Assembly: GCA_965224465.1 (NCBI GenBank)
Contig: OZ245049.1
Coordinates: 1,890,001-1,922,000, forward strand
DNA: 32,000 bases
From: Flavobacteriaceae bacterium
GTDB taxonomy: Bacteria > Bacteroidota > Bacteroidia > Flavobacteriales > Flavobacteriaceae
Reading direction: 5' to 3'
Under the pieces are notes generated by a model. The model did no database searches. It was not told the DNA's origin and saw nothing but the letters and a program-made list of their open reading frames with translations. Positions 16,678-27,007 of the stretch are shown piece after piece. Numbering within the stretch: the first letter of the stretch is position 1; the number at the start of each line of letters is the position of its first letter. A program made the translations under genes and the position numbers.

Positions 16678-19600
16678 TTATTTATATCTATGATTTATTT
16701 GGAAACTCTTTGGAGTTGTTTTATAGATTTTTTTAAACTCTCTATAGAAATAAGACCTATTATTAAAACCAGATTCATAACAAATTTCTGAAACTGTTAA
16801 ATTACTTTTTTTCAAAAGCTCTGCTGCGTGTTTTAACTTAATTGTACGAATTAAATCACCTGGCGAAAAACCAAACAATTCTTTAATTTTTCGGTATAAA
16901 TGGGAGCTACTCATCCCTAATTCTTGCTCTAGGAATAGGCTATTTAAATGTTCGTTTTTGATATTCCCTTGAATCAATAACATTGCCTTTTTCATAAAGT
17001 CCTTATCGACCGATTTAACAGCTACATTTCCTACATCATCTATAAATGATTTTTTTTCGAAATGTGCTTTTATCAATTCTTTTTCTTCCAATAATTTCTT
17101 TACTCTGGCGAGTAAATGTGCTGGATAAAATGGTTTAGAAATAAAGGAATTAGCGCCACTTTCAATACCTTCTATGCGATGCTGAACAGAATTACGAGCT
17201 GTGAGCATAATAAAAGGAATATGACAGGTACTTTTAGAATTCTTAACCCTTGAACAAAATTCTATCCCATCCATTTCTGGCATCATTACATCACTAATAA
17301 TAATATCAGGCAACAGTGATTCCATTAATTTTAATGCTTGAACACCATTGGAAGCAGTTAATATTTTATACGTACCTTCTAACAATGCGTCTAGCAACAA
17401 TTGAATTTCCTTTTCGTCTTCTACAATAAGTATTGTTTTTTTATCAACCAATACGGCATCTAAAGCTACTATCTTATCCTTTTCTAAGATTTCATTTTCT
17501 GAAGCATCCTCTAATATATTCTGAAGGTGGCTGGAAATAAATGCAGACTTATTAGTATCGTCTACTTGATCTTCCTTAAAAGAAGTTCTCTTACAAGGCA
17601 AAGAAACCCTAAAGGTTGTAAATTTATCTACCACACTCTGCACCTGAATAACACCATTTAAAATGGTTACCAATTTTTTTACATAAGCCAAGCCAATTCC
17701 TGTCCTATACAGACTACTCTGCGTGTTTTCTTGTTTATCTACCAAAAAGAAACGATTGAATAAGTCCGCTATTTTTTCCTTTGGAATACCCTCTCCCGAA
17801 TTTGAAATTTCAATTTCTAACTCAGCTAAAGAAGCAATACGCGCCTTTATTATAATTGTCCCTTGATACGGAGTATATTTAAACGCATTTGACAACAAAT
17901 TAAATACGATTTTTTCAATTTTATCTTTATCAAACCAGCCCTCCAAATGCGACTCAAAACAAACTTGGTAGTCTATTTTATTTCCCAATGCCAACTCGTC
18001 AAACAATTCTGCTATTTGTTCTAATAGATGTACGACATCAAAGTGATTTACCGAAACTTCTAAATGATCATATTCTGCCTTTCTAAATTCTAATAATTGC
18101 TGTGTTAAAAACAATAAACGAGATGCGTTGCGCTGAATCATTTTTACAAATCGATGATTGCTGTCTGTAATAACATCTGACGCTGATAGTTTTTGAGCTG
18201 GCCCCACTATGAGCGTTAGAGGCGTTTGAAGTTCATGGGCTATATTTGTAAAAAACGTCAACCTATTTTGGTGAATTTCTTCGTCTTTTTTTCTGAAAAT
18301 AATGGTCTGTTTTAAAGACTGTCTTTTCTGATAATAACTAATTAGCAGCACAATTAACAGCACAAACAGGAGTGTATAAATCACAATAGCCCCTGTTGTT
18401 TTCCATATAATAGGCTTAATTTTTACATCAATGGCTTTTACTGCTTTGGACCAAACACCATCGCTATTAGACCATCTTACCCATAGTGAATAATCACCAT
18501 CGGGTACATTTGTAAAAGAAATTGTTTTGCGTGTTCCTATTTGGTTCCATCCCTCATTAAATCCTTCTAAAAAATAAGAATATTCACACTTATTGGCGTT
18601 TATATAAGTGAGTGCAGACATTTCAATATCAAAAAAATTTTGATTATAGTCCAAAATTATAAATGGAGATTTGTTAGAATTTGCAGAAACCCTCAGATTT
18701 TGATAAAAAGGTTTTTCTTGATTCTGACCACTAATACTATGAATAAATAAATCAGGGATATGCTGAGATTGTTTAATTTTTTCTGGCTGAAAATAATTAA
18801 ATCCCTTAATTCCTCCCATATAAATAACACCCGAAGATGCATCTTTATAAAATGCACCATCAGCAAACTCATTATTTTGCAAACCATCCTGCTTGGTGAA
18901 ATTCACAAAGGTATGAGTTACGGGATTCAATCGAGACAAGCCATAATTAGTACTCAACCATATATTTTTGTTTTTTTCCGCTACGATTCCATGAATAGAA
19001 TTATTTGGAAGCCCTTCTTTTACCGTATACCTTTCAAACTTTAAAACATCACTTTGGGGATTTCTAACTACATTTAAACCAAAACTAGTTCCGATCCATA
19101 AGTTCTTTTCTTGGTCTTCAAACAAGCATAAAACATCATTATTAGACAAAGAATTTGCATTGTTTTCAATGTTTTTATAGACTTTAAAGGTCTCTTTTTC
19201 TTTATCAAAGACATTTAGCCCTCCAAGTCTAGTTCCAATCCATAATTGATTATTATTTTTAGGCAAGATTGAAAAAACAATATTACTACTCAGTGCATTG
19301 TCTTCTATGGCTCCTGCTTTATAGCTTTTAAAATTTTCAACTTTTAAACGATTCCCTTGACGAGAAATAACACAACGCATCAAACCATATCTATTAGATC
19401 CAATCCACAACACTCCCTGAGTATCTTGGTAAATCGCATACACAGCCGTAAAATAAGGATACAAGTCACTATTTAATACCTGATCCCACCCTACTATGCG
19501 TTTCGATCTTTTATCGTAAATACTTATTCCACGTCCATCAGTCCCAATAAAAACAAGTCCATCCTTCCCTTCAAACAAAGAAAACACCGCATTGTTAAGC

Positions 19601-20844
19601 ACACTATTATTCTGATTGTAATTTATATAATCTCCCTTTTTTAAATGCTCTTTAGATTCAAAAACAAACAAACCTTTCCCTTTAGTTCCAACAATAAGTT
19701 GATTGAATTCCGTAATACAAAAAGTCCTAACAATCCCTTTATTAAAGGCAGGAAGCATTGCATTAGAAACAATTTCAAACTTTGTTTCAGGAAGGTACAT
19801 TTTTAACAATCCATCACCATCAGAACCTGTCCAAAGAATACCATCCCTACTTTCAAATAAGGTGGTGATCGCTCGATTTTTCAACTGAGCAACCCATCGT
19901 TCTTTAATCATAGTCCCTTTAAACGTGTATGTGTGCAATCCTTTTTTAGAAGACAATACAACGCCTTTAGCTGTTTTTCCTATAATTTTAAAAACCTCTT
20001 TTTCTATGACGCTACGTGTCCCATTAGTTAAATCCAAGTGTACTAACTTGGAACTCCAATTCAAAAACAGCAGTTGATTTGAATTTAAAACACTAAAGTT
20101 TTGAATTTCACCACTGCGTTTTTTTACAAAAGAATTCACCATCCGACCCTGCCTATTCAACCGAAACAAAAGGCTATATAAATCGCCATTTTCAAATAAC
20201 AAGACCAAAATACCTTCCTTAGTAAAGGACATTTTTTTAACTGCGCTATCTGGCAATCCACGGACTCCTATTTTTACAAAAACTCCTTTTCTATAATATC
20301 CAATACCCCAATCTTTAACAGCACAATACAATATACCCTTGTGATTAACTGCCATGTTATATTCACTTTCAGAAAAAGTGAATTTACTCGTACTCTTAAA
20401 TTTGAATTGTTGGAATGTGTTTTTTTTCTTGTGATAACTATTAATCCCATTCATCGTTAGCACCCAAATAAGCCCCTGATTATCTTCTTCTATTTTAAGA
20501 ATCACCTGATTGCTCAAACATTCTTTATTATTGGGTTCTGGTCTGTATATTTTAAAATTACTCCCATCATATCTATTTAAACCATCCCAAGTACCAATCC
20601 ATAAAAAATTTTCTGAATCCTGAAAAATTGTATTTACAGAACTATTGGAAAGCCCTTTTGTATTATCAAGATTTTCTAAAGCATAGCGATTATTTAAAAT
20701 CGAATTAGCATCCGTGTCCCTGATTTCTAAGTATTGATTTCCCTTGATAGAATCAAGACTCTTTGACGGTATTGTTAGGCTGCTTTTAGCCGATGCTAAA
20801 AACACGAGAAACATAAAAAAGTAACATAAAGGTAAATTTTTCAA
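16678..20844 (-). CDS. Hybrid two-component system sensor kinase / response regulator with AraC-type HTH (HTCS PUL regulator)
   Basis: 1388 aa. It has periplasmic beta-propeller repeats (WIGT motifs), a TM segment, an H-box FTNIAHELQTPLT, an ATPase block GTGIGLAYVK, a receiver domain (ILIVEDE...SDVMMPEMDG) and a C-terminal AraC HTH. The start is a TTG; the first downstream ATG is at 20814. Confidence 0.9.
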   Translation of the reverse strand: MKNLPLCYFFMFLVFLASAKSSLTIPSKSLDSIKGNQYLEIRDTDANSILNNRYALENLDNTKGLSNSSVNTIFQDSENFLWIGTWDGLNRYDGSNFKIYRPEPNNKECLSNQVILKIEEDNQGLIWVLTMNGINSYHKKKNTFQQFKFKSTSKFTFSESEYNMAVNHKGILYCAVKDWGIGYYRKGVFVKIGVRGLPDSAVKKMSFTKEGILVLLFENGDLYSLLFRLNRQGRMVNSFVKKRSGEIQNFSVLNSNQLLFLNWSSKLVHLDLTNGTRSVIEKEVFKIIGKTAKGVVLSSKKGLHTYTFKGTMIKERWVAQLKNRAITTLFESRDGILWTGSDGDGLLKMYLPETKFEIVSNAMLPAFNKGIVRTFCITEFNQLIVGTKGKGLFVFESKEHLKKGDYINYNQNNSVLNNAVFSLFEGKDGLVFIGTDGRGISIYDKRSKRIVGWDQVLNSDLYPYFTAVYAIYQDTQGVLWIGSNRYGLMRCVISRQGNRLKVENFKSYKAGAIEDNALSSNIVFSILPKNNNQLWIGTRLGGLNVFDKEKETFKVYKNIENNANSLSNNDVLCLFEDQEKNLWIGTSFGLNVVRNPQSDVLKFERYTVKEGLPNNSIHGIVAEKNKNIWLSTNYGLSRLNPVTHTFVNFTKQDGLQNNEFADGAFYKDASSGVIYMGGIKGFNYFQPEKIKQSQHIPDLFIHSISGQNQEKPFYQNLRVSANSNKSPFIILDYNQNFFDIEMSALTYINANKCEYSYFLEGFNEGWNQIGTRKTISFTNVPDGDYSLWVRWSNSDGVWSKAVKAIDVKIKPIIWKTTGAIVIYTLLFVLLIVLLISYYQKRQSLKQTIIFRKKDEEIHQNRLTFFTNIAHELQTPLTLIVGPAQKLSASDVITDSNHRFVKMIQRNASRLLFLTQQLLEFRKAEYDHLEVSVNHFDVVHLLEQIAELFDELALGNKIDYQVCFESHLEGWFDKDKIEKIVFNLLSNAFKYTPYQGTIIIKARIASLAELEIEISNSGEGIPKEKIADLFNRFFLVDKQENTQSSLYRTGIGLAYVKKLVTILNGVIQVQSVVDKFTTFRVSLPCKRTSFKEDQVDDTNKSAFISSHLQNILEDASENEILEKDKIVALDAVLVDKKTILIVEDEKEIQLLLDALLEGTYKILTASNGVQALKLMESLLPDIIISDVMMPEMDGIEFCSRVKNSKSTCHIPFIMLTARNSVQHRIEGIESGANSFISKPFYPAHLLARVKKLLEEKELIKAHFEKKSFIDDVGNVAVKSVDKDFMKKAMLLIQGNIKNEHLNSLFLEQELGMSSSHLYRKIKELFGFSPGDLIRTIKLKHAAELLKKSNLTVSEICYESGFNNRSYFYREFKKIYKTTPKSFQINHRYK

Positions 20845-20954
20845 GAGCTCTATTTTAATTACTTCAAAAATATACTGTTTAAATACATAAATCCATGAAA
20901 TAAATCATTATTAATGTGTAATCCTAAAAAAAAATCCTCCTACCAAGCATGTAA

Positions 20955-21110
20955 TACCACACAATCCAATATAACCGATATAAATAGTTTATTTTACGTG
21001 CTAGCGTTGTTGAAAAATAGAACGATAGCTAAGGCTATCCTTAGATTTTCCGCCTAGCTAGAACAAAAAACAATTATATTTCTAAACCGTCAATGAAAAT
21101 GTATTTGGTA
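20955..21110. mobile_element. MITE-like element copy A5 (156 bp), intergenic, 111 nt upstream of the HTCS start
   Basis: Same termini (TACCACACAATCC ... TGTATTTGGTA) and same orientation as A1-A3. About 10% diverged. Flanked by TAA at 20952-20954 and 21111-21113. Confidence 0.75.
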
Positions 21111-21155
21111 TAATTAAAACAATATGTATATTTGTTAGTACTAAAAATTACATTT

Positions 21156-21605
21156 ATGAAAACATACAAAGAAACTTTCAAAACAGTTTGGGCAAATTTT
21201 GATCCGAACTTACACATGCGTCATACCGCATATAATGATTATGCAGCAGAAGTACGTGCACGTTTCTTTAAAGCACATGGTTTTGATTTAAAAGCCTTTT
21301 CAAAAAGTAATTTAGGGCCTATTTTATTCAAGGAAGAGACCTCTTTTTTTAAAGAGATTCATTTAGGAGATGACATCACCATAGACTTACATTTAGAGGC
21401 TGTTTCTAAAGGAGGTGAACGTTGGAAATTAAAACATAATATTTACAATGAAGAAGGAGAATTAGCTGCTCAAATTAAAATTTATGGAGCTTGGCTGGAC
21501 TTAAAACATAGAAAATTGACAAGCCCTCCGTCAGAAATGCTAGGTATTTTAAATAAATTAGCCAAAACTGATGATTTTGAAGAGCTTGTTTTAACTAAGA
21601 AATAA
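21156..21605 (+). CDS. Hotdog-fold acyl-CoA thioesterase (4HBT/YbgC-like)
   Basis: The ORF track gives 21132..21605. The first ATG, at 21156, gives MKTYKETFKT. The size and pattern are typical of a thioesterase. Confidence 0.6.
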   Translation: MKTYKETFKTVWANFDPNLHMRHTAYNDYAAEVRARFFKAHGFDLKAFSKSNLGPILFKEETSFFKEIHLGDDITIDLHLEAVSKGGERWKLKHNIYNEEGELAAQIKIYGAWLDLKHRKLTSPPSEMLGILNKLAKTDDFEELVLTKK

Positions 21606-21628
21606 ATAAACATTGTAGCCAAAAGAAA

Positions 21629-22507
21629 ATGAAAAAGAAAAGCCCACTGTACACCATTATAGCCATTGTTATTGCCATTGGTTATTATTTTATAAACAAC
21701 AATTCTAAATCAACAGAGCAAACACCTAAAGAAACAACTACCAACGTTTCTAATACTCCCAAAACAAAAACAACGGAGATAAAAACGGATGTAAAAACCA
21801 AAAACACCACGGTAATAACAGGAAGTAACGCATTCAATTACCTACCTACATCTACGACCAATCAGATAGTAAAACATGACTACTATACACTTTCTTATAG
21901 TGAAAAACACGAACAATCGGAATGGGTAGCCTACGAATTAACTAAGAACCAAATTTCTAGCAGTCATTTCAAACGCCCTTATTTCACCGACGACACAAAA
22001 GTAAAAACAAAAAGTGCCCAATGGTGGAATTACAAAAAATCTGGGTATGACAAAGGACATTTATGTCCCGCTGCTGACCGTAAATTTTCTAAAAAAGCGC
22101 ATGACGCCACTTTTTTAACCTCCAATATTAGCCCTCAAAAACATGATTTTAACGCTGGAATTTGGAATAGACTCGAACAAAAAACACGTTATTGGGCTAA
22201 GAAATACGACAAATTATATGTGATTACCGGAGGTGTTCTCACGGATAATTTAAAAACAATAGGCGATGAAAAAGTAAGTGTCCCTACTCATTTCTACAAA
22301 ATATTATTGGACTATACCCAACCAGAGGTAAAAGCAATTGCTTTTTTAATGCCGCATAAAGAAAGCCACAAACCCTTGTATGAATTTGTGGTTTCAATAG
22401 ATATGATTGAACAAGTAACCGGAATTGATTTTTTCCCTAATTTACCAGCGCATTTAGAAAACACCTTGGAAAAATCAACTGATTATAAAGCTTGGAGTTT
22501 TAGATAA
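21629..22507 (+). CDS. Membrane-anchored DNA/RNA non-specific endonuclease (NucA/EndoG family)
   Basis: It has an N-terminal TM segment and a Thr/Lys-rich linker. The catalytic block GYDKGHLCPAADR and the downstream NISPQ motif are present. Confidence 0.75.
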   Translation: MKKKSPLYTIIAIVIAIGYYFINNNSKSTEQTPKETTTNVSNTPKTKTTEIKTDVKTKNTTVITGSNAFNYLPTSTTNQIVKHDYYTLSYSEKHEQSEWVAYELTKNQISSSHFKRPYFTDDTKVKTKSAQWWNYKKSGYDKGHLCPAADRKFSKKAHDATFLTSNISPQKHDFNAGIWNRLEQKTRYWAKKYDKLYVITGGVLTDNLKTIGDEKVSVPTHFYKILLDYTQPEVKAIAFLMPHKESHKPLYEFVVSIDMIEQVTGIDFFPNLPAHLENTLEKSTDYKAWSFR

Positions 22508-22517
22508 AATAAACGTA

Positions 22518-22537
22518 CCTTACTAATTATAGTAAGG
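22518..22537. terminator. Hairpin between convergent genes, possible bidirectional terminator
   Basis: CCTTACTA-atta-TAGTAAGG, 8-bp stem. It has no strong T tract on the plus side and a partial one on the minus side. Confidence 0.35.
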
Positions 22538-22601
22538 CAGTTATCAATACTAATAAAACTAGGAAAGACCTTTTAAAACACCATTTCCCTTGACGCATAA
22601 T

Positions 22602-23510
22602 TTAGCCTCCAACAGAAGCTTTGATTCCGTATTTATTAAATACAGAAATCATATTAGACAACTGTAGATCCGTAGGCTCTTCAAAGGAAGTAAACCCTCC
22701 TAAATCCCCTAGTTTTTTGTATTTGTTCTCCGCAATACTGTGATATGGCAATAAATTTATGACATCCCTATTTCCTTCTAAGGAATTCATAAATTCCGCA
22801 GTTGCAATCGTATTCTCATCAGCTGTATTGACCCCAAAAATCACAGGCATTCTAAAGATAATATCGACCTCTTTTTTAGCGATTTCAATAATATTTCTAT
22901 GTATTTTTTTATTGGACACACCTGTATGTTTTTTATGACTGGCATTATCCATTATTTTTAAATCAATTAAAAAAAGCTCTGTATTATCTGCTACTTCTAC
23001 AATGGTTTCTAAACTAGAAAACGCTGTGGTATCAACTACTCTATGGTAATAACGCTTGCCACATTCTTTCAATGCAGCAATCAAATAAGAAGCATGTAAT
23101 AAAGGTTCCCCCCCAGAAAATGTAACACCACCACCAGACTGATCAAAAAACACAGCCTCATTGTCAATAATTTTCATCAAATTATCCAAGGGTTTAAACT
23201 CCCCTAACATTTCAAAAGCTTTTGTTGGACATACCTCAGCACATTTACCACATAAATTGCACGCATTTACGTCTGTTACAATTCCGTTTTCTGTCAACAT
23301 TAAGGCATCATTCGGGCAAACATCTAAACATTTAGTACTACCAATGCATTTGGTAGCATTGTACATTTTTTGCCTTTTTACAGAAATACTCTCTGGGTTA
23401 TGACACCATTGACATGCCAAATTACAGCCCTTAAAAAACACGGTTAAACGAATTCCAGGACCGTCATTTATAGCATACTTTTTAATATCAAAAATTAACC
23501 CTGTGCTCAT
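22602..23510 (-). CDS. Glycyl-radical enzyme activating protein (radical SAM)
   Basis: CNLACQWCHNPE (a CxxxCxxC motif) plus two ferredoxin-type Cys clusters (CIGSTKCLDVCP, CNLCGKCAEVCP). The ATG abuts the stop of the GRE gene. Confidence 0.85.
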   Translation of the reverse strand: MSTGLIFDIKKYAINDGPGIRLTVFFKGCNLACQWCHNPESISVKRQKMYNATKCIGSTKCLDVCPNDALMLTENGIVTDVNACNLCGKCAEVCPTKAFEMLGEFKPLDNLMKIIDNEAVFFDQSGGGVTFSGGEPLLHASYLIAALKECGKRYYHRVVDTTAFSSLETIVEVADNTELFLIDLKIMDNASHKKHTGVSNKKIHRNIIEIAKKEVDIIFRMPVIFGVNTADENTIATAEFMNSLEGNRDVINLLPYHSIAENKYKKLGDLGGFTSFEEPTDLQLSNMISVFNKYGIKASVGG

Positions 23511-25967
23511 TTAAAAGGAATCATTTTCTGTTCTGTCGATGACTTCTTGCTGTAAATCTGCATTCATATCATTAAAATAATCACTATATCCCGCCATACG
23601 CACCAGTAAATCTTTATAATCTTCTGGATTTTCTTGTGCAGCATACAAAGTCGCTGTATCTACAATATTAAACTGAATATGATGTCCTCCTAGAGAGAAA
23701 TAAGAACGAATTAACTGGGCTAGTTTTTTCAAATCTTGATCGCGCTTTAAAAGACTTGGTAAAAAACGTTGATTCAACAACGTTCCTCCAGATTTAATAT
23801 GATCTAGTTTTGTTAACGATTTAATCACTGCAGAAGGCCCGTTGATATCTGCTCCGTGAGAAGGCGAAGTTCCATCAGAAATAGATTTCTGTGCTAAACG
23901 TCCATTTGGGGTCGCACCCATTACTTTTCCAAAATACACATGGCAAGTAGTAGACAACATATTTAGATGAAATGATTCTCCCTTGGTATTAGGTTTCCCA
24001 TCAATGGCATCAAACAAATCATTGTAAACCCTTAAGGCAATATCATCTGCATAATTATCATCATTGCCATAAAACGGAGTATCGTTTATAATGGTTTGAC
24101 GCATAATTTCATCATTCTTAAAATTTTCTGACACCGCTTTTAATACAGCATCCATCGTGAAATTTTTAGTTTCAAAAACATGTTTTTTTAAGGCTACCAA
24201 ACTATCCGTTACCGTCCCTAAACCAGTACATTGAATATAATTGGTATTGTACCTAGGACCTGCATCATAATAATCTTTTCCTTTGGTGATACAATCTTCA
24301 ATAACGATAGATAAAAAAGGAGCAGGACTATACTTGGCAAACATGCGATCAATATAATTACTGACCAATATTTTTTGTTCAATTATAAAGTTCAATTGTT
24401 TTAAAAATGCTTGGTACAACTCCTCAAAATCTTTAAAATCTCTAGGATCTCCGGTTTGAATTCCTGCAATCTCTCCCGTTACAGGATTTATCCCATTGTT
24501 TAAAGTCACCTCCACAATTTTAGGCACATTTAAATACCCTGTTAGTACATAAGCCTCTTTTCCAAAAGCACCTACTTCTATACAACCGCTACATCCACCT
24601 TCGCGTGCATCTTCTAAAGATTTCCCTTGACGAAGCATTTCTTGGATGTACACATCCGCATTAAAAACAGAAGGATATCCATGTCCTTGACGGATTACTT
24701 TTGCAGCTTCTCTTAAAAATCGTTCAGGAGTTTTTGTACTAATATGCACTGAGTTCCCAGGTTGTAACACATGTAATTCTTCTACAATTTCTAGCATTAT
24801 ATAAGAAACATCGCTTACACCACAAGCCCCATTTATTTTTACTCCTCCGATATTAATATTGGTGAAATCATTATACGTACCACTTTCTTTAGCTGTAATC
24901 CCCACTTTTGGTGGCGCTGTATGGTTATTTACTTTGATCCAAAAACAGCTCAATATTTCTTTTGCTTCTTCTCTAGTTAAAGTTCCTTCTGCAATTTCTT
25001 TTTCATAAAAAGGTGTCAAATGCTGATCAAAATGCCCTGGATTCATAGCATCCCATCCATTTAATTCCGTAATTGTCCCCAAGTGTACAAACCAGTACAT
25101 TTGTACCGCTTCGTGGAAATTTCTAGGTGCATTTGCAGGCACCCAACGGCATACTTTTGCTATTTTTAATAATTCTAATTTCCGCTGCTCGTTGGTTTCA
25201 ACAGCAGCCATTTCCTCTGCTCTATCTGCATGTCGTTCTGCAAAAATAATGGCAGCATCACAGGAATGCAACATCCCAGTAAGTTGTTCTTTTCTGTCGG
25301 TAGCATGCCTATCATTTAAAAAATCAAGTTTATCAATTTCCGCTTGGATATCGACTTTAAAATCCAACATTCCTTTCTTATATATCTTGCCATCCAATGC
25401 CGTATGTCCAGGAGCACGTTGCTCCATAAACTCGGTAAACAAGCCCGCTTCATAAGCACGTTTCCACTCAATAGGCACATGACTAAATATGCGTTCTCGG
25501 ATGGTTTTTCCTTCCCAATAGGGAATGATATCACGTTCGTAAATATCTATATCTTCCTGAGAAATGCTATAGGGCTGCATGTCTCTTTTGTTCAATACAT
25601 GAAAGTCTTCCACACTATGACAGGTTAATTCTGGAAAGGTAGGCACACATTTAGGTGCAGGCCCTCTCTCTCCAACAATCAATTCATCAGCTCCAAAATA
25701 GATGGTTTTCTTCTTACAAATATTAAGAAAATTCAAGCCTCGCAATATCGGAACAGCAAATTTTCCGTAATTTATTTTATAAAAATTGGTTTGAATTTGA
25801 GCACGCTCAATAGATAAGCTAGGCTGCGCATCAAAACTTAATTTTCTTAATCGCTGAACACGCGCGTTCATTCCTGGGCCTATATTATTTTTAAGAGGAG
25901 CATAAAAATTACCCTCTGCTGATGCGGGTCTTTCTGGTTGTGTAAGTGTATTGTGTACGGTTTCCAT
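23511..25967 (-). CDS. Glycyl-radical enzyme, PFL2/dehydratase-lyase class, substrate unknown
   Basis: 818 aa. It has a C-terminal glycyl radical motif, LVRMAGYSDYF. The thiyl loop GGCSGCIEVG has a Cys-x-Glu arrangement, not the Cys-Cys pair of PflB. Confidence 0.8.
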   Translation of the reverse strand: METVHNTLTQPERPASAEGNFYAPLKNNIGPGMNARVQRLRKLSFDAQPSLSIERAQIQTNFYKINYGKFAVPILRGLNFLNICKKKTIYFGADELIVGERGPAPKCVPTFPELTCHSVEDFHVLNKRDMQPYSISQEDIDIYERDIIPYWEGKTIRERIFSHVPIEWKRAYEAGLFTEFMEQRAPGHTALDGKIYKKGMLDFKVDIQAEIDKLDFLNDRHATDRKEQLTGMLHSCDAAIIFAERHADRAEEMAAVETNEQRKLELLKIAKVCRWVPANAPRNFHEAVQMYWFVHLGTITELNGWDAMNPGHFDQHLTPFYEKEIAEGTLTREEAKEILSCFWIKVNNHTAPPKVGITAKESGTYNDFTNINIGGVKINGACGVSDVSYIMLEIVEELHVLQPGNSVHISTKTPERFLREAAKVIRQGHGYPSVFNADVYIQEMLRQGKSLEDAREGGCSGCIEVGAFGKEAYVLTGYLNVPKIVEVTLNNGINPVTGEIAGIQTGDPRDFKDFEELYQAFLKQLNFIIEQKILVSNYIDRMFAKYSPAPFLSIVIEDCITKGKDYYDAGPRYNTNYIQCTGLGTVTDSLVALKKHVFETKNFTMDAVLKAVSENFKNDEIMRQTIINDTPFYGNDDNYADDIALRVYNDLFDAIDGKPNTKGESFHLNMLSTTCHVYFGKVMGATPNGRLAQKSISDGTSPSHGADINGPSAVIKSLTKLDHIKSGGTLLNQRFLPSLLKRDQDLKKLAQLIRSYFSLGGHHIQFNIVDTATLYAAQENPEDYKDLLVRMAGYSDYFNDMNADLQQEVIDRTENDSF

Positions 25968-26347
25968 ATCTAAAAATTGAATACAAATGATGACAGATAA
26001 AAATCTAATAAATTTTAAAAAAAGTGTGGTAATTTACACGTAGATATCAAAAAATAAGAGACACTCAAACAATTGTCTATACGACTTTGTAAAAATAGTA
26101 TTACTGTTAGGGTGAGACATATTATTAGAGTTTCTCAAAGATAAGAAATCCAACTCAATATACCTTAAAATGAGAAAATACGTGTGTTATGTGTGAATAT
26201 GGTATCAATACGCCTGTTTCAAAAAGGAGTTAGCCCATCAACCAGGAGTAGAAAATGTTCATTTCCTTGAGATACAACTACCTCCGCAGTAAACCCAAAG
26301 AACTAATTTAAAATAATTTATACTTTTTTCACTTTTAAGAAATGGCA

Positions 26348-27007
26348 TCAAAAATCAAGTTTTATTGCATTCAAATTTCTTCCATGAACCAATTGAGTAC
26401 CCGGACTTCTCTTCTTTAGATAACGTTTAAAATACTCAAAAGACTCCCTTGCAATCACAGTATTATCTCCTGGCATTTGATTGTAAATAACACTGTGTAA
26501 ACGCACAGCATATTGCAAGCACAATTCGATACTCAACAAGGTATGGTTGATACTCCCTAACTTAGAAGAACTCACCAAAATAAGTGGTAAATCATATTCT
26601 TTTATATAATCTATGGTCAAGTAATTTTCTGTAATTGGCACCATCAACCCACCAGCTCCTTCTGCCAATACAATATCATAATTAGTACACAATTCCTTTT
26701 GTGCTGCTCTTATTATTCCAAAATCAATGCTGCGTTTATCAATCGCTATTGCCACATGTGGTGAGGCAGGAAACGTATATACAAACGGACACGTAGTACC
26801 GTCCAAATCTTCAGGTAACAGCGCTATTCCCATAAGTCTTCGATGTTCAATAATATCTTCAGAAGCCCCTACACAACCCGTTTGTACCAACTTTGAAGTA
26901 ATAACCTGAACACCCTTTTCTTTTAATTCTTTTGCCAACAATCCAGTGATATAAGTTTTCCCACAATCCGTGTCTATTCCACTGATAAAATATTCGTTTT
27001 TTTTCAT
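26348..27007 (-). CDS. bioD: Dethiobiotin synthase
   Basis: N-terminal GIDTDCGKTYITG P-loop, 219 aa, last gene of the bio cluster. Confidence 0.8.
   Translation of the reverse strand: MKKNEYFISGIDTDCGKTYITGLLAKELKEKGVQVITSKLVQTGCVGASEDIIEHRRLMGIALLPEDLDGTTCPFVYTFPASPHVAIAIDKRSIDFGIIRAAQKELCTNYDIVLAEGAGGLMVPITENYLTIDYIKEYDLPLILVSSSKLGSINHTLLSIELCLQYAVRLHSVIYNQMPGDNTVIARESFEYFKRYLKKRSPGTQLVHGRNLNAIKLDF

Noticed and set aside
18693-18887. 64-aa minus-strand ORF inside the HTCS gene, and the 72-aa ORF at 25316-25534 inside the GRE gene.
   Set aside because: These are alternative frames of long, well-supported genes and have no independent support.
25968-26347. 380-bp gap between the GRE start and the bioD stop, examined for a small gene or RNA.
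   Set aside because: Only very short ORFs are present (for example ATGAGAAAATACGTGTGTTATGTGTGA). I saw no convincing hairpin, repeat or promoter motif. It most likely holds the GRE promoter region.
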